From Octopus sinensis (Eukaryota), in NCBI RefSeq assembly GCF_006345805.1, contig NC_043009.1, forward strand, positions 55,676,001 through 55,740,000: DNA of 64,000 nucleotides, in the 5' to 3' direction. Position 1 is the first letter of the stretch. Each line of letters begins with the position of its first letter. The position numbers and the translations under genes are program-made. This document shows, one piece after another, positions 39,513 to 52,784 of the stretch. The notes beneath the pieces are model-generated. The model saw only the letters and a program-made list of their open reading frames with translations, was not told where the DNA came from and did no database searches.

Positions 39513-40749
39513 GGGAGTATAACTCCAAACTTACAGGGGAAAATTCAATTTAGTATAAATCAAATTTCACAGTATAAATATATAAAATATAAATTAGAGA
39601 TAAAACCACTTTTTATACTTTTTGAGATCTAGTTATATGTTTTATAAAAATATATATTATTTGTTATTTATGTTTTGGTTTATGTCTATCACTGTTTGAG
39701 TTGCATAATAGTGGTTTTATCTCTAATTCATATTTTATATATATATGCATAGGATCAAAGGTTCTTCCTGAGCCATAGATTCATAAGGCCAGTTTCCTGG
39801 ATTCTGTGGTATATGTTTCATCAGTTCATAGCAGGATTACTCACTTTTGCCAGCAGAGTGAACCAGAGCAATGTGAAATGAAGTGTTTTGCTGAAGAACA
39901 CAATGTATCACCACAATCTTAAGAACATGAATACAACCACTAACCCACACACCTCCACAGACACACAAACATACACACATGTGAGAAGCTTTCCATACAC
40001 TTTCCATCTGTCATATTCACTCACAAAGCATTGGTCAGCCCAGGACTATAATAGAAGACATTTGCCTAAGGTGCTTTGCAGTGGGACTGAACCTGAAATC
40101 ATGTAGCTGCAAAGCAAACTTAACCACACAACCATGCCAGTGCCTAGAGTGAATTCCATCAAATAACACTGTCTGGCCTATAACAATTTACTTTGTACCT
40201 AGGTATGAAATCAATTCACTGAAAAAAAAAATCAGATATTTCTTTGTGAGACAAACTGATAAAAAAAAAATAGATAAAGAAAATAAATGAGACAGAAAAG
40301 GAAAGAAAAAAAAGATAAACAAAATTTGTTAAAAGAGTCAACTGATTCTGTTCAGCAATGATTAATAATAAAAGTTAGTTAATGAGAGACAATAATAGCA
40401 ACAAAAGACATTCTTGGAATATTTCACTATCAAGACAGCATTCTAAATCAAACAATTGGAATTCTAATAGTAGAATTGTATTTCTGAACTTGTAAAGAGT
40501 AAATACTATGTTAAAAGGTATAAAACAAATAAAGCAAAGAAACAAATTAATAAAATTTAAAAAAAATCAGTGTTTTATCTTTATTTGCTTTTTTTTTTAT
40601 TTGCTTCTATTTAGGAGCAAAAGGAGAAACAATAAAATTTGGAGTATGCCAACAAGGTTTAAACTAAGAAGGGTTTGATAAAAAGTTATTTGTTAAGAAG
40701 AGAGATAGGATGGGTGAAGAATGGACAGACGATATTGTTATTTATACCC

Positions 40750-40897
40750 AAGATCAGTTTCCATCTACCAAATCCACTCACAAGGCTTTGGTCGGCCCGA
40801 GGCTATAGTAGAAGACACTTGCCCAAGGCGCCACGCAGTGGGACTGAACCCGGAACCATGTGGTTGGTAAGCAAGCTACCTACCACACAGCCACTCC
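40750..40897 (-). mobile_element. SINE family A, 5' half, CpG-intact
   Basis: ...GGTCGGCCCGAGGCTATAG...GGCGCCACGCAGTGGGACTGAACCCGG...ACCACACAGCCACTCC. Confidence 0.85.
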
Positions 40898-41306
40898 TAC
40901 TTCATATAACATTGACATTTTACTTCTATATATACACGCGGGTATACAAATGAGGGTGGATACATAAGTGAATGCAAACAAATATACACAATTGCACGTG
41001 ATTGGTGTGGGTGCAAGCAAATGTACGCCAGGCAAAGGTTATTGTGACATAAGAGCAAGCACACATACATCATTTTTATCATGTAAGAATGCTCACAAGG
41101 GTCAAGTGGATTTTGCTGACATATTTTTAACTGCTAGAGGCCCTTCCAAGCAAGACATGTTTTTCACGGAAGATGGGAAAGGAATAATGTTATCTGCATC
41201 ATGATGGTGCTTGTTTACAACTATCATGTGATATCAAGACAAAGTTACACACAAATACATAGACACACACACACATATATGTAAGTATATAGACAAACAG
41301 ACAGCA

Positions 41307-41671
41307 GGCTTCTTCCAGTTGCCATCTATCAAATCCATTCACAAGGCTTCGGTCAGTCCGACCTATAGAAGACACTTGCCCAAGTGTCATGCAATATAAT
41401 TGAACTGGAGACCACATGGCTGAAGCAAAGTCCTTAATCGCACAGCCACGTCTATGTCTATGCACAAAAGTAAAGCACTTAAAGATGGTCAGACTGAGCT
41501 TTATTTTTGTGCATAGACATAGACATTGCCGTGTGATTAAGGACTTTGCTTCAGCCATGTGGTCTCCAGTTCAATTATATTGCATGACACCTTGGGCAAG
41601 TATCTTCTACTATAGACCGAGCTGACTGAAGCCTTGTGAATGGATTTGGTCGATGGCAACTGAAAGAAGCC
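41307..41671. repeat. Palindrome made of a SINE-A 5' half plus unique flank
   Basis: Arms 41307-41476 and 41498-41671, 21-nt spacer. Confidence 0.92.
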
Positions 41672-43487
41672 TAATGGTATATCCATCCTTCTAGCTAGAA
41701 TGGGCCATTATAAATACGAATTCCATTGGAGACACGGTCAGTCAGCACCATGAGAGAGATGGTGAGCACTGCGAGCGGAGCAATATGCAAGAGTTAGCAG
41801 TTGCAGACCACAGAATAGATCAGAGAGAGAAACAACACAACAGAGGAGAATGGCAAATGCATACACAGACACAAAATATGTCTGTATTATCTTGTCCCAT
41901 CAACATTTTCTTTCTTCCGTTTTTACTTCGCCAACTTGATGTTGTTGGCTGCATTATGTAGCGGCATATTTCAAGTCTCCAACAAAGTGCATGCAACTGT
42001 GATCAAATAAATAATGTAAACTACATTCCTAGTCTTTCTTCATTGCTGTCCATCGATGTCTGTCCAACACGCCCAGCATCATCTGCTACACCTGACAACT
42101 TACATTGATCCCTCAACATCACATTCCACTACACAGATGCTGGCAACAGAATGAACTCTGTTGAAGATAACCCAGGACCAGAGTGGTGATGTTAAACTCA
42201 ATGACAGATTAAGTCAATGAAAAATTGGAGACGAATACCACATAACATCTTGTCCAACGCTCTGATAATTCTACTAATACATCAACCTATACTGGCAATA
42301 GCATAGCGAGAGTGTGGACCACACGGGTTGGCCTCTGAGTTTACTGCATCCTACTTCTGGCCTCCGGCAGCCATCGCTTCTATACAGGCTTGTAAATTGG
42401 ACCCAAAACTATCACACCCTCCCCATAAAAGCGTCGCCCAAGGGTAGACAGCCACCCCCGCTATTCTACCCTGTCTAGCTAATCTACACTAGACTGGGAC
42501 TATATTTTATCGCCCCTGAAAGAATGAAAGGCAATGTTGACCTCGATGAGATTTGAACACTGTGTTGAGAGCCAGAACAAATACTGCAACGCATTTTGTA
42601 CCACTCCCTAACGGCTCTGTCAATTTCCTGTCGTAAGCGCAAAATAGAAAGGAAACAATACCGTCAGTTTTTAGTATAGAAATACGAAGCTACACTTGCA
42701 ATTTATTGTAGTAATAAAGAGATTGTTATCGGGTTTCGTGTGGATGGGTATTAAAAATAAAGTACTCGTCAAGAACTGGGTCGATTTCACCATCTGTTTG
42801 CTTTCTATTTCAACCGAGTTCAGGACCTCTCACCCCGATGGTGGATTTGTGCTAAACTTAAAAACGATTATTAATATTTATAAACACGCAAATCTTTTAA
42901 TGTCCTCTATTTCAGGTATGCACAAACTAGCATAAAAAATTTTTCACATAAAGTGATAGTAACAAGATACAATAAAAATTTACCTATGTTACATTCTGCT
43001 TAAGATATGGGTGCGCATTATTAAACAGACATGTTAAGATCTTGTATGTTAGCACCCACTTTACTGAAGTCTCAGTCAGTAACTGTCGGAGGAGGCAACA
43101 ACAAAAACAACAACGGGACAGTAATAGCAACTTACAGGTTCGGTGTTATTTTATTTATCTGTCATTTGGGTGAGAAGCATTAGCAATCAGAAAAGCAGGT
43201 ATTTTTTTTCTCTCGCTTGACGGTGTTAGTGTAAATAGAGAAAAAAGAACGTCAATAAGACAAGAAGGAAAGAGACAGGAAATGAAAAGAGAAGGTAAGG
43301 TGAGAGAGAAAGACAGGAAGAGAAGAAAGAAGCCAGACTTTAGTTATGGGTTTGTGATTACTGGTCACTAGACAAGCCTATGTCTGTGCGCGGAAGTGTG
43401 TGAGTGTAGAAATCTCGGAGCTTAAGGTACAATGAGAAAATGAGTTGGCTGATTTCCTTTCTGCCTACAAAAATGTGTATTATTGAC

Positions 43488-43910
43488 AGAGAGTACTAAA
43501 GTGTAATTATGCAACAAAAAGAGAGTACTAAATTGTAATTATGCAAGAAAAAGAGAGAGAGAGAGAGTACTAAAGTGTAATCATGCGAGAAAAAGAGAGT
43601 ACTAAAGAGTAATTATGCGAAAAAGAGAGAGTACTAAAATGTAATTATGCGAGAAAGAGAGAGTACTAAAGTGTAATTATGCGAGAAAGAGAGAGTACTA
43701 AAGTGTAATTATGCGAGAAAGAGAGAGTACTAAAGTGTAATTATGCGAGAAAGAGAGAGTACTAAAGTGTAATTATGCGAGAAAGAGAGAGTACTAAAGT
43801 GTAATTATGCGAGAAAGAGAGGGTTATAAAATGTAATTATGCGAGAAAGAGAGAGTATTAAAGCGTAATCATGGGAGAGAAAGAGTACTAAAGTGTAATT
43901 GTGAGAGAGA
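43488..43910 (+). repeat. 32-bp minisatellite, about 13 copies (GAGAGAGTACTAAAGTGTAATTATGCGAGAAA)
   Basis: Head-to-tail units, central copies identical, edge copies degenerate, no spacers. Confidence 0.95.
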
Positions 43911-44419
43911 GAGAGGGAGGGAGAGAGAAAAAGAGACGGGATGGTCACGGTTAGGACATTTTCGTTTTTTAAAAGACGGAAATTTGGAAACACAATAGGC
44001 ATATTGTCTCAAACTGACAACATTCAACGTTACAAAACAGTGGTTAAACCCCTTTTAAAGCAGAAATATATTTTTAAAATTATAAAAATTTCAATTTTAT
44101 CAACATATTCGTAATCATTAACCTAAACACTAACCATATGTGAGCACAAGTGCATGTCTATGAATGTATATGTGTGCACTTGAACGTTTGCATGTGAGAA
44201 TACACACATATACGTTAATGAACGGTTTCATGCTAGAAAACCTTGCAGTTGTTAATTTACCTCAATTGCCTTCACAGTGTTTACCGTTTTACAAAATTAT
44301 ATTAGAAAATTGGACAAAACAGAACACAACTGAAAAAAATCAAAAAAAGAAAAGAAAAGAGTGAAAAAAGAAGGAGAAAAACCCAAAACAATTCACCACC
44401 TTGGGTTGAAAAGTTGGGG

Positions 44420-44925
44420 GTGCTGGAAAACCTCTCTAATGGCTATTGACGCACGCCAGCACGCTTGTAGCATTGTCGCGGATGATGGCGAGCCTGATGC
44501 GCTGGAACAGCCAAGCGCCCTCACGAACCTCACCAGTTACCTCTGCAAGGTGAAGACAGGAATCTCGCAGTTAGTGGTCCGACTCCATCAAACGTTTCGA
44601 ACGCTACAGGATGGAAAATGTTGTTGGCCGATAGATCGCGGTATTTCAGGATTTTGTTCCGCTCGGCCGCAGAAGCTGTGGATCTCGCCCTGACCGCAGC
44701 ATCCAGGATGTGAGAAGAAGCAAAGGAGTCGTTAATAGTGACATCCCAGACAAGGCATCTGCCTTGCTACCAGGGGCACAGGGTAAGGACGTCAAGTCTC
44801 TTCCCATCACATCTGGACAATCCAGATGGTTCCAAGATGGAGGGGATGTTTGCCCGGGCCAAGCTCCTCTATTGGAACTTCTCCGAGAATCCATTGTTTC
44901 ATAATGCGTCATAGTACGGTGCGGA
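44420..44925 (-). pseudogene. 3' fragment of a CRE-like (RLE-type) non-LTR retrotransposon
   Basis: Minus frames give [37 protein letters not shown]...AAERNKILKYRDL...FHPVAFETFDGVG. After a frameshift: VTGEVREGAWLFQRIRLAIIRDNATSVL. These match the C-terminal restriction-like endonuclease motifs of CRE-clade elements. Confidence 0.8.
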
Positions 44926-45831
44926 ATTTCGAAACGCTGACAGTTCGGATATCGGTGTTGTGATTTGTAAGACCATTCTTTGGAAGAAAATGATAAGTTT
45001 TCCTGAGTCCATCGAGTTAATGTCCGTTCATATTACGCGTGACTATAAGACCGTCATCCCTATATAATCTTGCATTTATAAAAGGAAATTGTAGATGCAA
45101 GTTGTTCAGAATTTCCTATTAGCATGCATAGTTCTGCTCTGTCATATTGGCACATCGAATAAAGAATCCTCACTCTTTGACCCAGGTGGAATTGTCGAGA
45201 AAAAAGTAGAGATTTCCTGGCATGCTAGGAGTAGCAGCCAAACCATCGTTAAATCGACCCTGTCATTGTAAAAAAGGAAGGGTACTTAAGATAACTTAGT
45301 CTTTGGTAACCCTAAAATTATGACTGGAATGCTGATCTACGGTTCAAAAAATTACTGCTTGCTGTCACTCATCGCTTTGGCATGACTTAATAAGCTTTCT
45401 CCATACTGGTCGGATTTTCGCTTGAGTTATGGTCAATTCCTTTTCGCAGAATAATTGAATATCTGTGGTTTCTGTTCTCCTTGCATAGTTGGGATAAAGG
45501 AGTTATCTGGGAAGTAGTAGTAGTAGTTCTTCTTCTTATTCCAATCAGGGCTCACGCCATTAGCCACAAAGAATAATCTCTAATTTGAGCCTACTCTAAG
45601 CTACTAAGAGTGCGTGTGGCAACTTGAGGATCTACCCACCACACGCAATAGACTGGCGGTTGCACGGGCGCGTAAGTTACGTTGTTATCCTCATTTCGTA
45701 AACGGTGGTTTTAACGGGTGGAGAGCTGAACCATCCTGGTGTACAGAGGATTCGCAATCTAGACTAGGGTCTGAAAGTTTATCACACCATAGTGGGTTAC
45801 ACCATCGTTCCTATGCTTTCTGACAGAAGTA

Positions 45832-46004
45832 GGAAGAAAGAGTGAGAGAAAATTGCAGTGAAAGAGTACAGCGGGGTTCACCACCCCCACCCCACCGGAG
45901 CCTCACGGAACTTAGGTGTTTTGCTCAAATAACACTGGGAATCGAACCCGCGTTCTTACGACTGCGAGTCCGTTGCCCTAACCACTGGGCCATTGCGCCT
46001 CCAC
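45832..46004 (-). mobile_element. SINE family C, 5' part
   Basis: Reverse complement: GGAGGCGCAATGGCCCAGTGG...GGGTTCGATTCC. Confidence 0.8.
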
Positions 46005-46480
46005 TAAGTCTGTTGCTGTCCATCCCGTCCACTTATCTATCAATGAGGATTTCCATCATGGGAGGCAGACCAGCACACCAAACGGTTTTTTCATTCATAA
46101 TCTTGTGAAACAGTGATATTCATAATCTGTTGGAGTTGTCTCATCATATATGCATGTAAGTTGTCATCACGAGCTTACAAACTATTCAGATTTCAGCTCC
46201 ATATAGCAGGGAAGAAAGCATTCTAGCTTGGCATGCCTTTCAAATGACCCTTAAAGAAACATGCCAATTTTTCCACAGCCCTTTCTGTAGCATTCCAAAT
46301 GAAGCGCTAGCTCTGTTCTTTCTTGTGATTTCCTAGTCCAGTCGCGCATTATCCGAGATGGTACTGCCTAGGTATTTGAATGTTTTGCACTAGGCCAGCT
46401 CTTCATTTCAAATAGTGGCTACAACGAGGGAATGTAGAAGTTTGGCTTCATAATTTGTCTTTAAACCATTTGAGAGGACA
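46005..46480 (-). pseudogene. RTE-clade LINE reverse transcriptase C-terminal fragment
   Basis: Minus strand: CKTFKYLGSTISDNARLD*EITRKNRASASFGMLQKGLW...MLSSLLYGAEI*...MMRQLQQIMNI...GLPPMM, typical RTE post-RT motifs. Confidence 0.8.
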
Positions 46481-48559
46481 ATAAAGAGAGACGACTTAAG
46501 ATGTAGACGACAGGAAAGACGAAGATTGAATTACTGAAATAATTATATTTGTCGTGTGTAGGCAGCAGACCTTTGGATGATATAAGTTAACTCTTAAGTC
46601 CTATTCTTCGTCTGCAAAACAGCAACACGGAAATATGGCAGCTAGCTAACGAAGGCGGTCTCTGAGTGGTCGTTCGAACCGTTAGAAATAAGAGTCAAAT
46701 TATTAGAAATAACAGCTGGTACATTGAGACTGACTTTAATTTAAATGTTATTAACGACAATCAACAAGTGGAAAGCACTTGGGCCTGCCTCAAGCGAAGA
46801 AATAAACGGTGCTGTGGTGCAATGTATCGTTCTTCTTGTATTTTAGACGTTATGGTGTAGTTTAAGGAAGGTTTAACTGTTTCCTTCTAACTGGTCAAGA
46901 GACTACGTAAAGACCACGTGTGTACCAATTTCTATGGCAACAGAGTTATACCATCGATGATTATTTCGTCTTGGTACATAGTAAATCTATGCTCGTGTAT
47001 CATTGATTCATTCATAATTAATCATGAATAACACAATACGCTTAATTGTAAACCGTTTTACTCTTATCATGAATTGATGCGTGATAACACGGGTCAGCGA
47101 TCGCCCCAGCGACTATCCACAATGCTCAGTTACACGGAGTGCCATAAACACGAAACCATATCTTTTGGGGTTTAACACTAGAAGGACCGAGTGCGTCAAT
47201 CGACGCATCTTGAAATCTTAATTGCACACAATTCAAAAACTATTGTAGATTTTGACATCATGGTGTTTGCACTGTGAAAAAAAAAAAAAAATCCCACCAT
47301 GTTTGCACCTGATTTTATTTATATATACGCGTGACAGCATTTCAGATATTCAGTAATTGCATAGCCTTTATAGATCGCAAAACAAAACTGCAATTTAGTC
47401 GGAACAATTCGTCAGAACAGAAAGGAATAACCAGAAGCAGTAGAACAGGTGAAACCAGCCCATGAAACTGTGGTTTTGAAGTCCACAGAGAGGCCTACTA
47501 TCACACATCGTACCAACGCAAAAACCCCCCCAAAGTTTTGTTTTTTTGAGTACCTTACATCAACATGTAGATATACCTTCTGAAAATAACCCCCAAGAAG
47601 CCTGACACTATCCTTTTGTAGGCGTAGACGTGCTTGACCAAATGGCAATACTTTATTCAGTCAAAGTAAGCAGTAGACGATGGCCAAATGCACGCTTTTT
47701 TATAATAATTTAGATGTTGCTCTTATAAACAGGAGGGTAAAATACACAAGTTTTTGCAACTTGGTCATTAATCAACGGGAATATATCCAAAAAGTTGCTG
47801 AAGAACTTTGTGGTGGTTCACCTCCGGTCATTCATGTACAATCAAACGCTCAATTGAGGAAAAAATCTACCTCTAAAGTCAGACGTACATGTGTGAAAAC
47901 AAAATGCTCAAACAGAACCACAGTATGGAGTCTGTATACTGCAAAAGGGCTATAGCCATATTTAAAAGTATCGTTTCTGTGTAGAAAAAAAAATTAGAGT
48001 CGAAACATTTGGCCATGCTGAAGGAAACAATAAGTGAATATGACTATTCTGTAACGTGGAGCTCTTATACACGTCATTGAAAGTGAGATTTAAAAACATA
48101 AGTGAAAGATTTAGGCTGCCCACGAGCGTGTGTCAGCGCATATTCGAGAAAGACATGACTATTAAACGGTATCAGATTATTTTTATAACCAGCTCTCAAT
48201 TGCTTTTAATAAAATTTTCTTTGTTACTTTTGCTTTTACTAACCCGTACACAAAAAAATTCTACCTCAACAGTGATGTAGAGTGCATCTACCTAAAACGA
48301 AAACAAGGGGACAGAAGCTTATCATCAATCCATGTCTGTCTTTGAATGTCGTCGTATATTCCTTCGACAACATCTTTTAACCATCAAGTGTCGAAGTGCA
48401 TCCCTCGACCAAGTTTGCATACATGAGACTGATAACATCATAAGACTTGGAAAGTAGCTCTTTGAGCAGCATTCCTTGTCGGATAACCTTAGAATACATG
48501 CCCAAAGACCTTCACACGACTATACCGCAACGTATCAGGTGAAAGGATGAGCGTATGTC

Positions 48560-49510
48560 AGTAGAAAACCATGCATGGATATGTTAGTAGAAAGCTCTGA
48601 AATGATAACAACATTGATCATCAAAGTAGTCTATCATGAACCAACAACCGGATTACTACCTCCACTTTTTAGGGTATGCATGCATTTGCAATCCAAGAAC
48701 AAGAAATTTCAACCAAATACCTGATGTACAAAAGGGACAGAAACGCAGCAAAATGTGACAACGGATGCAAGCTTTGTGGAGTTAACACCGAAGACATCAC
48801 CCACATCCAGGGCCAGCTCAAGGTACAGGAAAATCGGGCAGTTGCCCGGGGCGCCACGTGCTAGGGGGCGCCAAGGAGGGCTTGACAAAGACCGTCAGCT
48901 TGTACACGCCGAAGTTCAGCTTCCTCGGGGCGCCAGCAACCCTAAGGCCGGCCCTACCCATATCGTAAGCAGCTGTTCGAAAATGTCATCACGGTACTAT
49001 CTACCTATGAGTCATAATGTTGTGGCTGAGACACTGTATAATGAGATTCGTTGGAAGGATAATCCTGAAGCCTAAGAAATAAGAACCCACAGTATGGTGG
49101 AAGTCATATTCACTCATAATAAGGAGTAATGGTAGAATGTACCAGTGAAAACCTCAATAAAATGCAAACAATAAAACTGACAATGATTTGGGATAGAGAA
49201 GAGAAACTGTGTACAGTTGTGGAGATCAACTGCCCAGCGGATATTAACATAAGGCTAAAGATTATCGAAAAAGAAAATACCTACTCTGAACTACTGAGGA
49301 ACTTACAGTTTCTCTACCCGGATAATAAGTTCAGGTTTATACCTGTAATTATTGGAACACTGGGATATGAAACTCACTACCTAAGAACCAATCTTGAGAA
49401 ATTAGGCTTCTCAAAACCAGAAAGGAGAAAGCCGATTCGAAGATTACAGATCCAAGCCATCGGTGTAACTATAAAAATCTATAAACCTTTCCAGAAGTTT
49501 ATCATTTAAG
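48560..49510 (+). pseudogene. R4/Dong-like RLE non-LTR retrotransposon 3' fragment, interrupted by a MITE
   Basis: KPMHG..., AIQEQEIST, CCHC knuckle CKLCGVNTEDITH[I]VSSC...HNVVA, then IWDREEKLCTVVEINCPADINI...EKENTY..L...FIPVIIGTLG. Stops and frameshifts present. Confidence 0.8.
48808..48956. mobile_element. hAT-type MITE (149 bp) inserted in the R4-like zinc knuckle
   Basis: Termini CAGGGCCAGCTCAAGG / CCTAAGGCCGGCCCTA. 8-bp TSD CCCACATC (48800-48807) / CCCATATC (48957-48964). Removing it restores ITHIVSSC. Confidence 0.85.
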
Positions 49511-50925
49511 TATATAAGAGCATGTCTAGATATGCAACTATGTGCACGAGAATACATGCATAAAACATACAAATCCACACGCGCGCACTCATACATGCAT
49601 ACATACATAGCCTGTTGATGTTGAAATTCCAATAAAGGAGCCTTGGATCTAGGATAGGAACCGGCTTTTTCTCTATTGGCATGAGACCATGAAGTAAAAC
49701 TAAATAATGACATACATGTACACACACACATTACGACAACTTAAAAGATTTAAGATGTCGCGACGCACTTTTAAAAAGTGACAATTTTATTGTGGGGTAT
49801 TGGCAAGTTCAATGCCTGACAGTGATTAGTATTTTCATTCCAGACCAGAGAATTGTCTCTCAGTCTGCCTGTACGAAATTACATGACAAATTTGAGCAAC
49901 TATGGAAAAAAGAAGAAAAAAAAAGGAAAGAAAGAAAGAAACTGACGACGTACTACTTAATTCAGTCAGCAATAGACAGACTTAAAGGCATACAGACATG
50001 CGTAAGAATACCATCACGTACAGGGCACATGTAGAAATATATGCTGTAGAGGAATTTTCTGTGTCAGTGTGACACTAACGTGAAAGGAAAGAAGTCGCAG
50101 ATGTTTTAATGCTGGAATCACGCAGCGATTGCCGAATTTAGCACAAGGCCAGAACATTTTGGTGGCGTGAAACAGACGATTAAATTGACTTTAATACTTG
50201 ACTGTATTTATTTTAATTTTACCGATTCTGGACGAATAGAATTGTTAAATTTGTCTCCGGCAGGGTTTGAACACGGAATATAATACCATCAAGAATTTTA
50301 TTGTATCTTCTACATATTCTGCCATCATTACATTTAACATTAAATCCTACAAGACTTCCACAATTGTGGGCGTCAACGAAGAAAAGACGAAGAATCGTCA
50401 TAGTTTTGCAGAAACTGTCACATTTTTAAAAATAGATGCTGGTTGTTGTCTTGCTCGAAGGTGACTCCAAGCAAGGTAACTTACGCTCAAGAACGTCCAC
50501 ACTATGACCATTTCATCTGTTTTAAATTAGGAATAGTATTGTAATAACTGCATAATTCAGACCTTTTTAAGAAGGTCTACATTGAGAGAGATCTGATAAC
50601 CTTTTTTTTTTAAGAAGGTCTATACTGAGAGAGATTTGGCAGTTATTTCTGACAACTCGAGCTATCTTCATTGGCCGGTTTCGTGAAGGAGTCATGTAGG
50701 TAGATGTTTGTGAATAACATTTACATCACACAATCTTATTTTCCCGTAAATCTGAGATTTTGTATCCAGAGCCGTCTTAGCAGCATTTTATCCCCCCAGG
50801 CAAATCATTCCACAAGACCCTATAATATTTATTTATTGACAGTAAGTCACTGTATTCATGGATCAGAATTGGGCTCCTAAATTATATATATCCTTAAATC
50901 CTTAAAAATGTTTTAGCCCGAAGGC

Positions 50926-51356
50926 GGCAATCTTTCGTCTCTAGTAGACCTTTCCGTCGATTTCCGTAAAAAAATTTTTTTTTTTACATATGGGCTTGCG
51001 GGAACTTTTGAAGTAATGAGAGCGAAAGAGACTAAGAGAAAGCGATTGTATGACGAGGGAAGTTCTTTTGAAGTTACCGTGCATGTGAAGCATTGATGTA
51101 CATGTGTGTGTGTGTGCGTGCGTGTGTTTGATGGGGTGTGTGAGACAGACAGTATGTTGTGTAAGTGAAGTGCTTCTGTTAGTGTGTGTGAAGAGACAGA
51201 GTAATGTGTGAAAGAAAGAGATAACTGAAATTTTTTACTCGGTGTATGTGTATATGTATGTATATTACTTCAAAAGTTCCCGCAAGCCCATATGTAAAAA
51301 AAAAAAATTTTTTTTATGGAAATCGACGGAAAGGTCTACTAGAGACGAAAGATCTC
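50926..51356. mobile_element. Mutator-like (MULE) MITE
   Basis: About 93-bp TIRs (50926-51018 / 51264-51356) and a 9-bp direct flank CCCGAAGGC at 50917-50925 and 51357-51365. Confidence 0.75.
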
Positions 51357-51934
51357 CCCGAAGGCCGCGGCCATGCTGGGGCACCACCGCTGAATATTTT
51401 GACAGATATTTTTTATCAAACCCAAAACACATTCCTAAGTTATCTTAAGCGAAGACGAAATAACGCCCTCACAGCGACAGGGTTGAAAAATAAAACCGAC
51501 CCTCTTAAATGTAAACCTGGATATTATAATTTATAGTTCAGCGCTTTAATTCAGTTTCTCGCATTTCTTTAGTCAGTTTCAAATTAATGATTTCTCACAG
51601 TGGCACAAGTTTACAAATATGCACAGTCCATTAGTTTTAACCATTGATATTACAAGTACCTCTCCCACCATACCCAGACACACTGCCTATCCTCCACCTC
51701 TCCCTAGCACTGGGTCGCTTATTTCCCTCTATTATAAAGCTATATATTGCCTATTTCCGCTTCTTTTTTTTTTAACTGAGTAGATGTCCAGATAGTCACG
51801 CCGCACCCATATACAAAACTGCTGCGTGTAGAAACAACGAAGGAGCCGCCTCAAAGGTCATGGGTTACCGGTGACACTTGCGACACTTTATGACTGTCCG
51901 TATGGCACGCAAAATATGATTGTATGAATATATA

Positions 51935-52098
51935 TTTCTTTACTACCCACAAGGGGCTAAACACAGAGGGGACAAACAAGGACAGAAAAAGGGATTAAGT
52001 CGATTACATCGACCCCAGTGCGTAACTGGTACTTAATTTATCGACCCCGAAAGGATGAAAGGCAAAGTCGACCTCGGCGGAATTTGAACTCAGAACGT
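51935..52098 (-). mobile_element. SINE family B, 3' part
   Basis: Reverse complement of the family B body, CpG-intact. Confidence 0.85.
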
Positions 52099-52784
52099 TA
52101 TGAATAGTCTTCCTAAGGCTTTAGCAGTGACTGGTATTCATTTGAACAATTTCATTTTTCTCGCGCTTATGATGCCTCAGTTTCTTTATTTTATTGATAA
52201 ATAAAACTTATGAGGATTGCATTTAAAATACTAATAAGATTTGCTGAGTGTAAATAAATGGTATACTTTGGGTAAAGTTTTTGAGTAACACCCGCACGAT
52301 TTTCACTAAGAAAAAAAAAACTCGGATTTTTTGCGTGGAATCAAGTACCCTAACCCCCTAATATGCTGCAAATCCCTTATTTTAGTTCGGAAAAAAGGGG
52401 ACGAGTGGAGAGCAAACCCCTTATTTTGGTTCGTTAGGGTTGGGGTTTTAAGGGTTTTAGGGTTAAGGTTAGACTTTTAGGGTTAGTGTTGGGGAAAAAA
52501 GTCAAAATTGAAGAAGTTGGGGGTGTAAGGGGGGAGGAAATTTCACAATGCCGATGTTTGGCAATTTTCCGGGACCTCCGTGTCCGAAAACGGGGATTTT
52601 TGGCAAAAAAAAAAATTTTAATAAACAAATCTGGGAGAAAATGGGGGTGAGGACGGGCGGAAGTCTTTCCCTCAAAAAATTTACGCTGGCGTGGGTGGAC
52701 AGACAGGATAGTCATGTTTGAAATGTTTTTTCTTTCTTTTTTTTTTTTTTTTTTTTTCTGTATCTCAGTTTTGTTAATCTAGAT

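Noticed and set aside
43488-43910. CRISPR-like array of 32-bp repeats
   Set aside because: Units are head-to-tail with no unique spacers, there are no cas genes, and the context is eukaryotic.
47172-47400. piggyBac-like left end TTAACACTAGAAGGACCG
   Set aside because: No matching right terminus found, so the extent cannot be supported.
48755-49075. 106-aa ORF as an independent gene
   Set aside because: Chimera of hAT MITE sequence and the R4-like zinc knuckle.
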